A stretch of DNA of 64,000 bases from Podarcis liolepis (lineage: Eukaryota). The translations under genes were made by a program, and so were the position numbers. The stretch lies in NCBI GenBank assembly GCA_965112155.1, contig OZ218099.1. One strand, written 5' to 3'. The notes beneath the pieces are model-generated. The model saw nothing but the letters and a program-made list of their open reading frames with translations. It ran no database searches and had not been told where the DNA came from. Position 1 is the first letter of the stretch. The number at the start of each line of letters is the position of its first letter. This document shows, piece by piece, positions 1-12,010 of this stretch.

Positions 1-229
1 AACAAACCTCAAAGCGAGTTACAAAAAAAAGGAATTAGACTTTGCATGTAACTTCTCCAGAGGCAACACTGAAGAGACATCAATCAGGGAGCCACTTTCG
101 CAAGAGATCTTCCCCCACAGACTACTCCTAATCTCCAAACAGGCGTCATTTAGCCGCAATCTACACCTGAACCAGAGAGAGACAAGCTCCACTTTAAACC
201 CACCCAAAGCCACGCGAGCGCCTATTTAC

Positions 230-345
230 CTCGCTCCTCTACCATCTCAACCCAAGCCACACGCACGCGCAGTGGCCAAACTCTCCTTCCCGGTCGCGCT
301 ACGGTAGCCGCCGAGTCTCAATCCGACCAGCGTCTTTCCCAACCA
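230..345 (-). other. Probable first exon of the divergently transcribed neighbour (NAT9 by synteny); 5' end approximate
   Basis: Minus-strand donor GAG|GTAAAT at 230/229 at the left edge of the CpG island. Human TMEM104 is head-to-head with NAT9. No NAT9 coding sequence is visible in the window. Confidence 0.5.
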
Positions 346-449
346 CCGACAGACGCATACAGCCACACACCCCGCCCCCGTGGTCACGTGCCATCAAGAG
401 ACGGGACCAATCAGCGTAGAAAGCGATTCGAGAGGTCGTGGTCACGCGC

Positions 450-640
450 GCGGAAAGCTCGGCTGTTGGCGGCTTTTTGCTTGGCGTAGAAGCGCTGTTC
501 CCTCCCTCAGCTCCTCCGCTTGCGCGCGTGCGCCGTCTGCGGGTTCCCCTTGCTCGCGCCGGTAATGAGGGAAAACGACGGTTTGGAGTTGCTGGGCCGG
601 ACGTTGCCGTGGAGCCAAGCGAGGAGCGCCGGCGTGGCGG
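450..640 (+). other. TMEM104: Probable non-coding exon 1 of TMEM104 (boundaries uncertain)
   Basis: Downstream of the CCAAT/E-box cluster. Candidate donors CCG|GTAATG (561/562) and CGG|GTAAAG (640/641). Exon 2 starts at an acceptor, so an upstream exon is required. Confidence 0.45.
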
Positions 641-1082
641 GTAAAGAGGCTTGTTGTGAGGCGTTTTTTTGAGTGGGTGGCAGAAGGGGTGGTGGTGGCG
701 GGGCGAAGAAGGGGAAGCGGGCTGGCGGCCTGAGGCGGGTCGGGGAAAGGGTTGGCGGGGAAGACGTGGCATTCCCGACGACACTCCTTCCCGCGCAGCT
801 CTCCGGAGGAGGCTTTTAAATAGGCGCAGGCTGTGTGTGACTGTTCTGCCTGTCTCTGGGCTGTTCCCCCCTGAAGGAGAGGACTATAGAATTGCCCCCC
901 GCTCGGCGTGAGCATCTTCCCAAACAGCGAGGAAGATCTGCTGCCTACCAGGTGCAGGTGGTGGTCACGCGGTTGTCTGTATCTGCTCGGAGACCTAGTA
1001 CACGTGTGCGTGTGCGAATTCACAGACTCCTATATGGGGAGAGAGAAAGGTTCATGCAATTGCTTGTGGGTGCATCTCTCTC

Positions 1083-1325
1083 CATGGGCGTAGCCAGGAT
1101 TTATGTTGTGGGGGTGGGTGGCAGGACACCCACCTGTCATCATCCTCTGGCTGGCTGGCTGGCTGGCTGGCTCTGTCTAGCGGATTGGAATGAAATGGCC
1201 CAACAACCGTTGCTTTAAATTGCTTTCTTTTGACCCCAAGTGCTCAGAAAAAAAATCTGTCAAAATCTTCCTGCAGTTTCTACTTTAAGTATTTTTATTG
1301 ACTTTATGGGGGGAGGGGCAGCTGC
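1083..1325. mobile_element. Partial hAT-like non-autonomous element, same family as 23840-23921
   Basis: Shares CATGGG(C/T)GTAGCCAGGATTTATG and GAGGGGCAGCTGC with the 23840 copy; internal (GGCT)n at ~1150-1172. Confidence 0.55.
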
Positions 1326-2984
1326 ATAGTGTACTGGTGGAGTAAAAAGCCTCTGAAGTAAAGCGGAAGCTGGTAGTTTCCAGTCTTTTTTGAGGATGAA
1401 ACACAGCCTTGTAAATAAGGCCACAAAAATTACTAACCTGCAGATGTTCTTATTAACCTACTAAGTGGCTAGTGATGTGCTTTTCCAGGCTGGCTGTGGA
1501 GGAGAGGAAGCCCCTCCTATTAGCAGACTAATAATATGCAGAATGGTGAAGAAAGGATGGAGTGATTCATCTCCACTATGCTAGCTTGCTACATTTCTTT
1601 GCTGATTGTGAAGGAAACATTCTTACCGTACTTCCTCTTTTGTTAGTATGGAAACAAAGTAGGCTATCAATTCCCCTTCCCCACCCATTCACATGTCTTT
1701 ATAGAAGTCCTGCTCACCTATGGCCTCTAGGCTAGTGCGCAAAAATACAAGAGTGGTATTTCCCCCCCAACTATCTAAGTGGACAGTTACACCTGTGGAT
1801 TTTACTTTGTCATTATATTTGAATCAGGCTTTCTGGCATGACACTGACTCCAAATATCATTCCTTAACATTTGCTTTGTCTGCGCCTTGTAGTCTCGTGC
1901 TTCAAATAACTGATGGAGCAATCCTAACCCCTTGCGGGGAGCAACAGAACAGCAGCTCAACCACTGCATCCCAAGCTTTACTGCTTATAGTGACTAGAAT
2001 CAAAAGTGGTGGGTGGCTTGGGGGGGGGCTATAAAAGCTCCAGGCAGGCTCAGCAGAGTGCCCAAGGATTGAGACCTGCAGGGCTTTGGAACCAGAAGAT
2101 TCCAAGCTGCCAGGCCCTGCCCCAAAATGCCTCATTTCAGATCTCTATAAGCAGTGGTAGAATCACTGTTGGTAGCTTTCTGTTTCTCTGGGTACAGCAG
2201 CGGAGGCTGGCAGGAGCTGGTGGAGGGTCCCCTCTACCTTATCCTCCTCTTCCTCCAGCAGCAGAGATTGAAAGGGTTAGGAGTACATTCTGAGTATCTT
2301 CTGATAAGAGGCCCTCTTTATCGTATTTTCTGTTCACGGTAGTAATTGCATACATCCAATCTGAGTGGCCATAGAAAGTCCAGGTAAAACTTTCCCATGC
2401 CATGCACTAAGATGCAAACAGAAGTAGGAGCTAGGAAATTCAGGACAGAGTGGTTTCTTTAACAAAGAGCCCAGCCTCAGCCAAAGAAGGGGACTTGTGA
2501 GCAAATGATCAGGGGTAAGAAAGCAGGGCCTTGGAAATCCTTGCTTTTTGTATTCAGGCACATGCAGTGCCTTCCATGGTACTTACACTTTGCCTGTAAC
2601 TTTCTCTGGTTCTCTTTTTGGTTCAGTGGAATTGCTAATGTGTTAGATAAGAATCTTAGTGCCAACTCATACAATACAGTATGGGTCCCCCCCATGTAAA
2701 CATTTAGAATTTTTCCAGCACGCACACTTGCATGAAGAAACTCATCACGTGGGGTAGCATGTTATGGATGGTGTTTTCCTCATTGTTGTAAAAGGTCTGT
2801 GTAGACTGTGAGGCTTTCCTGCCTATTTAAGCCTTGCTCCAGTAGCATGCTATAATTCTGTTTGGGTGGAGATTTTATTAGGGCCAATAAAAATGCCACA
2901 AAAAGTAAGCTTTCAAGTTCTGTTGCAGCTGCATTTGGAATAGCATGTACAGTTTGGGTTGCCTCACCACTTAAACAATATTGT

Positions 2985-3325
2985 GGAGTTGGAAAAGGTT
3001 CAGAAAAGGGCAACCAAAATGATGAAGGGGATGGAGCACGTCTCGTATGAGGAAAGGTTGAAGCATTCAGGGCTTTTTAGTTTAGAGCAAAGGTAAGAGG
3101 CAACATGATAGGAGTTCTCCATGTCATACATAATTTTATATACTTCTAACACTAGAATTTGTGGACATCTACTGAAGCTGAATATTGGAGGATTCAGGAC
3201 AGAGAAAAGAAAGTTACTCTCTACACAGCACATAGTATAGAATTCACTCCCACAGAAGGCACTGATGGCCCCCAACTTGGGTGGCTTTAAAAAAGGTTAA
3301 ACAAATTCATGGAGGATAAGGCTGC
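2985..3325 (+). mobile_element. Degenerate CR1 LINE 3' fragment
   Basis: Translates ELEKVQKRATKMMKG (CR1 ORF2 C-terminal motif), followed by a typical CR1 3' region. Confidence 0.8.
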
Positions 3326-4070
3326 CAGAAAGTTCTGAACCCCTATAACACAGCTTTCACCAATCTGGTGCTGTCCAAATATTTAGTCTATAACTCCCAG
3401 TACAAAATTTATGGAAGGCACCAGACTTAGCAGGCTTCCTTCCAACTAAGTCCCACTTGGTTCAGTTGCACTTTCAAATACCGGTAACTATGCATATTAT
3501 TGTAACTGTAGCCTTCAAGTAAAACATCTAACAATTATATTTAATTGTTAGCAACCAATTGTCATGAATGCTTGTTCAGGAGATGTGTAAATTGTAAAGT
3601 AAGTGACTTAATTTAAATAAAAGATCTTAAATCTATTTTCCCCTTAGTGATTATAACCCATTCATTCTAAATGGAATTCCTTAAAGTGTGTTACTATATC
3701 ATCTGGCTAGATTATATACTTTTAGAGTGACAGGAGAACCTTAGTTTTGATCCTTGTTTTTGATGTGGCTGGTATTTCGCTAGATTCTCTAAAAGGATTA
3801 TGGCCTTTAGTGAGAATTATGCAATTTGCAATGCAAGTGAAGAATTCTGATTTCAAATTCAAACTAGCTGATTTGGGGGAATCTGTTACTTTTCTTTCCA
3901 GAGAAGGTAGGCAGCAATACTACTAGACTTGCATTAATGCACAGTGATGAACTGCAGTTACCGCTTGCTTTGTTGACTCCTGTAAACAGCTGATAAAATT
4001 TCTTTCAGGTTAACAGTGGTTGGATCAAAAGGAACTGACATCTCTCTCGGACTGTTCCATCAGCTTCAAC

Positions 4071-4115
4071 ATGGCTGGCGGTATTACTGATACAGGAGAG
4101 CTGTACTCGCCTTAC
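4071..4115 (+). CDS. TMEM104: TMEM104 first coding exon, MAGGITDTGELYSPY (exon starts 4009 with 5'UTR)
   Basis: Acceptor TTCTTTCAG|4009; strong Kozak AACATGG; donor TAC|GTGAGT, phase 0. Matches the TMEM104 N-terminus as I recall it (MAGEITETGELYSSY). Confidence 0.95.
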
Positions 4116-4470
4116 GTGAGTATTTAACATTACTACAATCTCTTGCTGGAGACACGCAGCACAGTTATGCTCTGTATTTCCTGCTCCTGTTTCTTCATGC
4201 CCCCCCCCCATGTTCTTGTTTTGATTTTAAATTGTGATAGGCATTTTATACTTGTGTTACAATACATTTGGAAATAACTCAGGAAACTTTTCTAATACAA
4301 GGACGTGCTTGCTCTTTTCACCCACACATGCTCTAAAAGACTTGCGTTTTTAAACATGCTTTAATGCTTAGCAAACCTTGCCAAATACCCTCTATTGAGT
4401 CTCTAGTGAATATTCAAAGTATGTAATTGCACTAAAGCTGCATCAGTGAATAAGGTTGCTTCCTTCATAT

Positions 4471-5253
4471 AATAATAATAATTTATTATTTGTACCCCAC
4501 CCATCTGGCTGGATTTCCCCAGCCACTCTGGGCGGCTTCCATAGAAACCAAAAAACACTAAAATATCACACATTAAAAACTTCCCTGAACAGGGCTGCCT
4601 TAAGATGTCTTCTGAATGTCAGGTAGTTGTTTATCGCTTTGACATCTGATGGGAGGGCGTTCCACAGGGCGGGCGCTACTACTGAGAAGGCCCTCTGCCT
4701 GGTTCCCTGTAGCTTTGCTTCTCGCAATGAGGGAACCGCCAGAAGGCCCTCGGCACTGGACCTCAGCGTCCGGGCAGAACGGTGGGGGTGGAGACGCTCC
4801 TTCAGGTATACTGGGCCGAGGTAGCCCCATGTAGAGTGCATTGCAGTAGTCCAAGCGGGAGATAACTAGAGCATGCAGCACTCTGGCGAGACAGTCCGCG
4901 GGCAGGTAGGGTCTCAGCCTGCGTACCAGGTGGAGTTGGTAGACAGCTGCCCTGGATACAGAATTGACCTGCGCCTCCATGGACAGCTGTGAGTCTAAAA
5001 TGACTCCCAGGCTGCACACCTGGTCCTTCAGGGGCACAGTTACCCTATTCAGGACCAGGGAGTCCTCCACACCTGCCCGCCTCCTGTCCCCCAAAAACAG
5101 TACTTCTGTCTTGTCAGGATTCAACTTTAATCCATTAGCCGCCATCCATCCGCCAACCGCCTCCAGGCACTCACACAGGACCTTCACCGCCTTCACTGGT
5201 TCTGATTTGAAAGAGAGGTAGAGCTGGGTATTATCTGCATATTGATGGACACC
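4471..5253 (-). mobile_element. 5'-truncated L2 LINE with internal deletion
   Basis: RT motifs HQYADNTQLY, KLNPDKTE, LGVILD, SRLDYCNAL and C-terminal RAFSVVAPALWNALP. (TTA)n tail at ~4471-4482. CATAT duplicated at 4466-4470 and 5254-5258. Confidence 0.92.
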
Positions 5254-7374
5254 CATATGTTAGATTATGATATATATAATACTAACAAGAGGGAAAAGAA
5301 TCCCAAATATCAGAGGCAAGAGGAACTAAGTAATTTGGGTAGTGGATAGACTAGCAAGAAATTAGATGCGGCGAATTTTATCCCATGCTGTCCTTCTAGT
5401 CATGGAAGTCTCTTTGATCCAGTAGAGGATTCCATGAACAGTTGGAGGTGATTTTCATTAGTTCCACTTTTGTGCTACTATCACCTTCATACCCTCCCCA
5501 TCTATTTAAAAAAATATATTTTTTATTAAAGAATTTCTTGGTTTATAAAAGTACGCACATTGTTTCTTTTTTCAACTTCTAAAGTCCTTTCTACAGATCA
5601 GTTATATTTGACATGAGACATTAGTGTTGTATACAGTATAAGGTTGGGGGAAGAAGAGGGGGAGGGCCCCCTCCCCATCTTTTCTAGGGAATTGGAGAAT
5701 CCTCTGACACAGTATGGTGAAGAAAGGAGAAATTTGCAAAAATCACCTCCCTTTTTTGTCTGCAGATGCCTGTATGGGAACAAAGAACCTTCCATGTAAA
5801 GAAGGACAGCATTGGTTACAACTTGGCACCTTCAAAGCAGTTTTCAAACTTGTGCCATTTAGTGATGTAGTTGTGCAAAGTTACACCAGGCTGTTCTTCT
5901 GTGAAGCTGAACAGGTGTTATCCTGTAATTTCACTGAATGGAAGGCTATCTGGAAGCCATATGTAAAAGGCTCTTCAGGGAAGAGCAGTGCGCTAAATAC
6001 TAAATACATGATTATATTTTTCTGGTTGTGAAGTCTTTAGGGCAGTGACACATTCTCTTACAGTCTAGACCGCTTCATGGAACAATAAAAAGACATGTGC
6101 ACTAACAATGTGCACAAGATTCCAGGGTGCATGTTTACATCAGTCAGTGCAGAGGCATCCTGCAGCACAGGGGACAAAGCTTTTTTAAAATTTGTGTGGC
6201 TTTCTTAAATGGTTGATAGGCTGTACTTGCGCCAATGGGTTCTGTTCTGTTTCCATAGTTGGAATTCTTGTTGCTGCCATCTTGCAGCAACAAGTGGTTA
6301 AAACATCAGGAAAGTATTTTTTTTATATGAAAAATTGAGATGAACAAGGAGGCTTTGAAAGCAGTGCACATACATACACAAGAGTTGAGAGTTGTTGAAG
6401 CTGCATCTTATGATGCCCTTTTATGGCATACCAGTGGACTCTGTCCTCCTTCCTAATATATAACCCATCACATCTCTCTGTCAAAGCTATCCTCATGAGT
6501 GGTGGTTTTCTGATTGCAAGTGATTTTTGAGAAGACATTAATCGGATAGTGATGCGTGCTGGTACATTTAGTCCAAGGAAGATTGATCTAAATCTTCAAG
6601 GGGAAAAATAGACTCCCAAGATGTTAAATTACCAAGTACCTTACAGATTGAAAATTATAGCATTGCAGAAATCTTCAGGCTGTTGAGCATAAAAATGGTA
6701 CTTGTCTCATTTTTGGAGGGCCCGAAATATGATTCTACCAGTATCTGAAATAAATCTTCCCTCCCTATACTGTTCTTTTTAATCAGAGTCAGAGAAAACC
6801 TCCAAGGTTTCTGTCCTCAAAGGCTTCGTGTGCAGAACCAATTAAGGCCTAGAGCCAGGAGGTGGTGTATGCAGGGAATGACAGTTCTGCCCAATGAGTT
6901 AAAAAAATCGCTTTGCAAACTGACATCTACTGTTTCATCCTCTGGGAAAGCAGTCAAAAGATGCATTTGCTGTTCAGATGCCAGTAAGTACAGGAGGACC
7001 TTGTTCTCTCAAAGAGAAGTGAATGGCTATGCATAAAAGGTCTCTGAAGGATGCATTTGTAGTTCAGAACTTCTGCCATGAGCATTTGGTTTATAAACTG
7101 TATACATTCCCTGTTCTTAAGGTAATTTTATTTATGGTTACTCTTGGTTTAAAAATTGTGTGTTTGACAGTGGACATGAATTCCAGGTAGATGGTTGTCT
7201 TCTGATAATGGGCATTCCAGTAATTTTAATAAGGGGAAGGTAGCCATCAGTGGTGCTCTTTCTCTCATCCTCCCTGCACTACTTTCTTGCACTTCAAGTC
7301 TAATGGATACTGTATCTTACATGACACATGATTTTAATAAGTTTAAATTATTTTCCTGCTAGTGCCCAGGGCTC

Positions 7375-7560
7375 ATAGGAAGTAGCTGTATACTGAGTGT
7401 CACCATTAGTTCATCTGCTTCGGTGTTGTCTGAATTGGCTAGTAGTTGCTCTCCAGGGTTTCAAGAAGAAATCTTTCCCAGCTCTACTTGGAGATGCTAG
7501 GGTTTGAATCTGGAGTCTTTTACATTCAGATATTGTCATCTGTCACAGAGCTGCCACCTT
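7375..7560 (-). mobile_element. Old tRNA-derived squamate SINE
   Basis: Reverse strand carries a B-box-like GGTTCAA-type motif (near 7500-7512) and a CR1-like tail; highly diverged. Confidence 0.5.
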
Positions 7561-8730
7561 AATTACCCATTGTGGTTCTGACTTAGCAAATCTACTCATA
7601 CATGAGTTCTTCATGCTACGTTTTAATACAGAACTGTTTTAGTTATGAGGGCACTGCCCCCCAAATAGTAATTAATCTTGTTTTTGCTGCAGATAGAGCC
7701 AGTGTTGAACCTACAGGATAAAGCAGATTAAAAATAGAAATTGTGGAAGCTGAACCCCTTGAGGTAGTTCCATTTTAGCACTTTGTGCTGTGGGGAGGCA
7801 AGTAGGTTTTTACTAAACAAAAGAACAAATCTCTTTTGCTGTTATTATTAATGTAATATTCTTCAATAAACAAGAATAATGCCTGGTCTTAGCCTGCCAT
7901 TTAAATGTAAGAACTGAGGCAGGAAATAATTCAGAATAGCTCTTCTTAAGGGTTGATTTTACTGTCAACAAGCTTGTCATGCAGATATTCCCATTCCTTA
8001 ACAAGATTCCTCTGGTGTCCCAATAAGGGAAAATTTCCATCTGCTTCACTGCTAAATATACTTGGGAGGAAAATTATTTGTCAGACTCCTGTTTGGCTAA
8101 TAGTTGGCAAGCTGTGGAATGCTCTTTTATACCTCACATCCTATATTGGCTCCTCATGGGTGAAGCTGAGTAACTGTACCACCCTTCCCCCTATAAAAAA
8201 ACCTCAGCCTCTCTGCAACACCTTTAGTTTCAGAGAATCTTTCCTTTGGAGTTAGAAACATGGCAAGTGAGAGAACTCCATAACTTGAGTAAACATGATG
8301 TTTTGAGGCTATGTCCTTTCACCAGTATGTCTGGTCTTTCTGCTTAACTCTTTCTACGTGGAGAAGGAGATTTTATCTGTAATCTCCCTCATCCTGAAGG
8401 CTTAGGTTGGGAAAACAAGAAATAAACTATTGGGCTATTGGAAAGTTGTGGTTTGCATAGGTTTTTTGTTGTTGTTTTTTAAACCCAGCTGTTAATATTT
8501 CTAAGGCCAAACATTAAACACTGCCTAACTGTGTAAGTATGCACTAAAAAGCATTTCTTTACTGAGACGATAATATTTTCTATAAAACTGCACCATCATA
8601 GTAGCCGTGTTGGTTTGGATTGTCTATGGAGGCTGCTGCTTTCTGTCCATTTTGGGATTGCTAGCCAAAGAGTCTTTTTTAACAACTAAAAGTCACATGA
8701 TTTTAACATTTATGATTTCTTTAATTGCAG

Positions 8731-8852
8731 GTTGGCCTGGTTTACATGTTCAATCTCATAGTTGGGACTGGAGCTCTGACTATGCCAAAGGCCTTTGCCA
8801 CTGCTGGTTGGCTTGTCAGCCTCATCCTAATAATGTTCTTGGGATTCATGAG
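8731..8852 (+). CDS. TMEM104: TMEM104 coding exon, VGLVYMFNLIVGTGALTMPKAFATAGWLVSLILIMFLGFM(S)
   Basis: TTGCAG| acceptor, AG|GTAAGA donor, 122 nt. Carries the SLC38/AAAP TM1 motif N-x-IVG-x-G-x-L-x-MP. Confidence 0.97.
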
Positions 8853-10161
8853 GTAAGAGTTTTCTGAATGTCAATTTCCATTAACAATCTACTGGGAACT
8901 TGTAAATCCCAAACGTGTCACTTGTATCTAAGTAATACAATCCATTTGTCACCCAGCCATTGTGATTTCAATAAGAAAGTTGTGCCTTGGCCTTGAGGGA
9001 GTGTTTTACAGAAGGCAGATCAGACAGTATTCTTACCTAGTTCCTTCCCCCACATGTGCTGAAGAGTAAGAATGCACTTTCCTCCCTGCCCATTTGGCAC
9101 ATCAGCCCTTGCCTCCATTGCCACCTTACATCCATACATAGGTGTTCTAATATGGGGTGCATTTGCTCGAGTTCTGTGGTCAGAGATTGGACATTTATTG
9201 CACATTCTGAGCCCACACATGTTGCACGTTGAATGTGAACACCCTGTTTGAACGTTATGTACAATAGCATCAGAGGCAAGACAGGTGATGCTTGGATGGA
9301 CAGGGAGCAGAACTTGCTCTAGCTTCCTGCCACGTGTAGAATAGCAATCTGGGTACAGTCTGAATTTTATCCAATGAGGCCTAGCATCTGTCTCATTGAT
9401 ACCAGAAATTACTGGATACCTGCCCATCTTAAGATGGTAGGAAAGAGAGTTCTCTCTTCCTTCTATCCCATTTCTGAGTTTTCTGTCTGTGGCCAAGTCA
9501 AAAGGACTTTGCTCTTTTACGTTTCCTCACACTTGATGTTCTTATCTCTCATGGATTAGGATTGTCTTTTGCTCCTTAGAGGAATTATGTTTGTTAATAG
9601 TAGTGAAAAGCTGATGAAACTTTAACGTTGCAAAAGTCAAACCTCATCAAAACAACTTTGGTTGTAGAATAGGAGGTTAACAGGGACTACTGCCAGGCTT
9701 GCTCCTTGGCATCTTCCTCCCAGGCTTCATAGGAGCATGATTTATTCAGTAGCTGGATGATCTGAAATGGGTTGCTAGGTATCTTGAGCACAATTGGAAA
9801 AAAGATTTGTGAATCTGACCAAGCACAATATAGAGGCCAGTTGCAGACTTTTGAGGTGGTGGTGAGGGTATTTCTGCCTCCTTACCACTATTGGGTGAGC
9901 TGAATTGTGTCTAGCTAACCTTTCCTTGTTTTTTGTTTGTTTGTTTGTTTGGTTTAGGTTATTAAATTCAGGCTCCTGGGCAGGAGCAGCTACCCTGGTG
10001 TGCGGAAAACTTGTTTGCTATGTCCTTTCCCTTTAGCTTCTGAGAACCAATATATAAAGCTGATTATTAGCTGATAGTGTGTAGCATATGCTCCACAATA
10101 CTAAGGTGTCATTTTTCTGATTAAATGTAAAACCTTGCTTTAACTTCAAAAATAAAATAAA

Positions 10162-10163
<2 letters not shown>

Positions 10164-10203
<40 letters not shown>
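10164..10203. repeat. (GT)20 microsatellite
   Basis: Read directly. Confidence 0.98.
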
Positions 10204-10204
<1 letters not shown>

Positions 10205-10373
10205 ATCTTAATTGATAATCTACTATCCTGAATGTCAGGGATCCACAAAAGTCAGCTGATCTGTAGGGACCACAAGTCTCTCTTGGGTGACCTCCTTCTG
10301 TATGTCCAAGATTTGAGAGACCATTTCCCTCCCCTTGTGTTTCCAGTGCAAAAGGGGTGCACTTACTGCAATT

Positions 10374-10730
10374 GGGACACGGGTGGCGCTGTGGTCTAAA
10401 CCACAGAGCCTAGGGCTTGCCGATTGGAAGGTTGGCAGTTCGAATCCCCGCGACGGGGTGAGCTCCTATTGTTCGGTCCCAGCTCCTGCCCACCTAGCAG
10501 TTCAAAAGCACATCAAGTGCAAGTAGATAAATAGGTACCACTCCGGCGGGAAGGTAAATGGCGTTTCCATGCGCTGCTCTGGTTCTCCAGAAGCGGTTTA
10601 GTCATGCTGGCCACATGACCCGGAAGCTGTCTGCAGACAAACGCTGACTCCCTCGGCCTGTAGAGCGAGATGAGCACTCAAGCCCAGAGTCATCCGCTAC
10701 TGGACCTAACGGTCAGGGGTACCTTTACCT
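10374..10730 (+). mobile_element. Full-length Sauria SINE
   Basis: A box TGGCGCTGTGG 10384-10394, B box GTTCGAATCC 10438-10447, ACCTTT-type tail. TSD TACTGCAATT at 10364-10373 and 10732-10741. Confidence 0.93.
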
Positions 10731-12010
10731 GTACTGCAATTGGGAGAAACAGACTGTATCCTTCCTTTGAAATCTGACACCCAGGAAATTGCATAAGGAG
10801 GGGTCAATCTTGCATATTTGTTGCAGCCTGCTTTGGGGATGGACAGAAGAAGCAAGATGCTCTCTAAAACTTGATGAGGAGTAAAAAAACTGACCCAGTC
10901 TCCTCTGTTGCAGAGGGATTGCTGGTGACACAACTAATGGTTATCTACCAAGGCCAACCTAAATTTTGTGGGCTTCTGATGAATGTGCCTGCTGCTTTAA
11001 TTTGATGCAGTTATTTTATGTACTTTACTGTTCCATTGTAAAAGTATTGCCTTTCAACATTGGACAGGGATACTCTCTTCCAGTGCCCTTTTACCCTGGG
11101 TTGAGACTGGATTGCTTTCATGTTGAGACATAATCTTATAAATTGCTTAACATCTGTGGAAGGAAAGGCATTATAAAAGTGTAAGTTCTGTTGGATGGGA
11201 AGCATAAATCCTTGCAGTACCAGTGACTGAATTGCTTCTGAGGCTTTGTAAAAGAGATTATTTCAGAACCTTGAAGCCTGCCTGTAGCATTCTCTGTCTC
11301 ATGCTTTGATTTCTTTTCCAATTCATTTCTTGATGCTGTTGGGATATGGGTTGGTATGCAATTACTGTATATATTTTGTATCAGCCTTGAAATGCTGCCC
11401 ACTGGTGCCAAGTCGTTTGAGAATTTTTTACCCTGATCCTTCCATTCCTCTGTTTTGCACTTCTGGCTCCCTAATATCCTCTGGAGAATGCTCAGTGTAG
11501 TAAAAGAACATAGGGGAAATTATCCAGGCCCCTGGATGTTGCTTCTGTGCTTTAATCCTAGCAAACTAATTTCTCATTCAAACTTGATAAATGAGTTTAG
11601 TTGGTGAAGCAGTAAGAAACCATTTTTGTGGTTTAAATAAGATTGATTGTAGTTTTTAGTAAAAATGAGAGAGAAACCTTAACATGGTCATCTAACTGGG
11701 GTAATGGCAATTCATTTATAAGATCAACAAAGCAAATGGTAATGGGGAATGGGGACAACTGATTGATCACTCGCTCTCAGCTATCTTCCTGGCAGCTCTT
11801 GGAAAATGTTTTCAGTCCTTCACTTTTAAAATCTTTTAAGTGGTTCCTCTAACTCTGTCCAGCATTAGGTCTTTGAGTGCATTTGGGTACCCAAGTGATC
11901 TGTCTTTTAGACTGATATAGTTCTGTCAGTATCTTATTTGTTTATTTAAAGAATTTTGCCCCACTTTGCACTATGTATCTCAAAACAGCTTGTAGAAAAA
12001 ATAAACATAC

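Larger units (their letters stand above)
200..1020. promoter_or_regulatory. CpG-island promoter, probably bidirectional
   Basis: GC- and CpG-rich stretch against AT-rich, CpG-poor flanks. GC box CCCCGCCCCC 370-379, E-box GTCACGTG 383-390, NF-Y box GACCAATCAG 405-414, NRF1-like TGCGCGCGTGCGC 521-533. Splice donors point outward on both strands. Confidence 0.9.

Noticed and set aside
19-213. Minus-strand ORF containing LRLND, reminiscent of the NAT9 start MRLNQ
   Set aside because: No Met there and no further similarity. The nearby acceptor at 167 would give a 63-nt intron, implausibly short.
299-1218. Long overlapping ORFs (up to 193 aa) in the CpG island
   Set aside because: Arg/Pro/Gly-rich, on both strands, no recognisable domain; expected from stop-codon scarcity in GC-rich DNA.
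3944-3993. C-box GTGATGA and D-box CTGA suggesting a snoRNA
   Set aside because: Only 50 nt, no terminal stem, and it overlaps the exon-2 branch/acceptor region.
9020-9496. 158-aa minus-strand ORF with several Cys/His residues
   Set aside because: No coherent zinc-finger spacing, recognisable homology or splice context.
10374-10450. tRNA gene
   Set aside because: The A and B boxes belong to the tRNA-derived head of a Sauria SINE.
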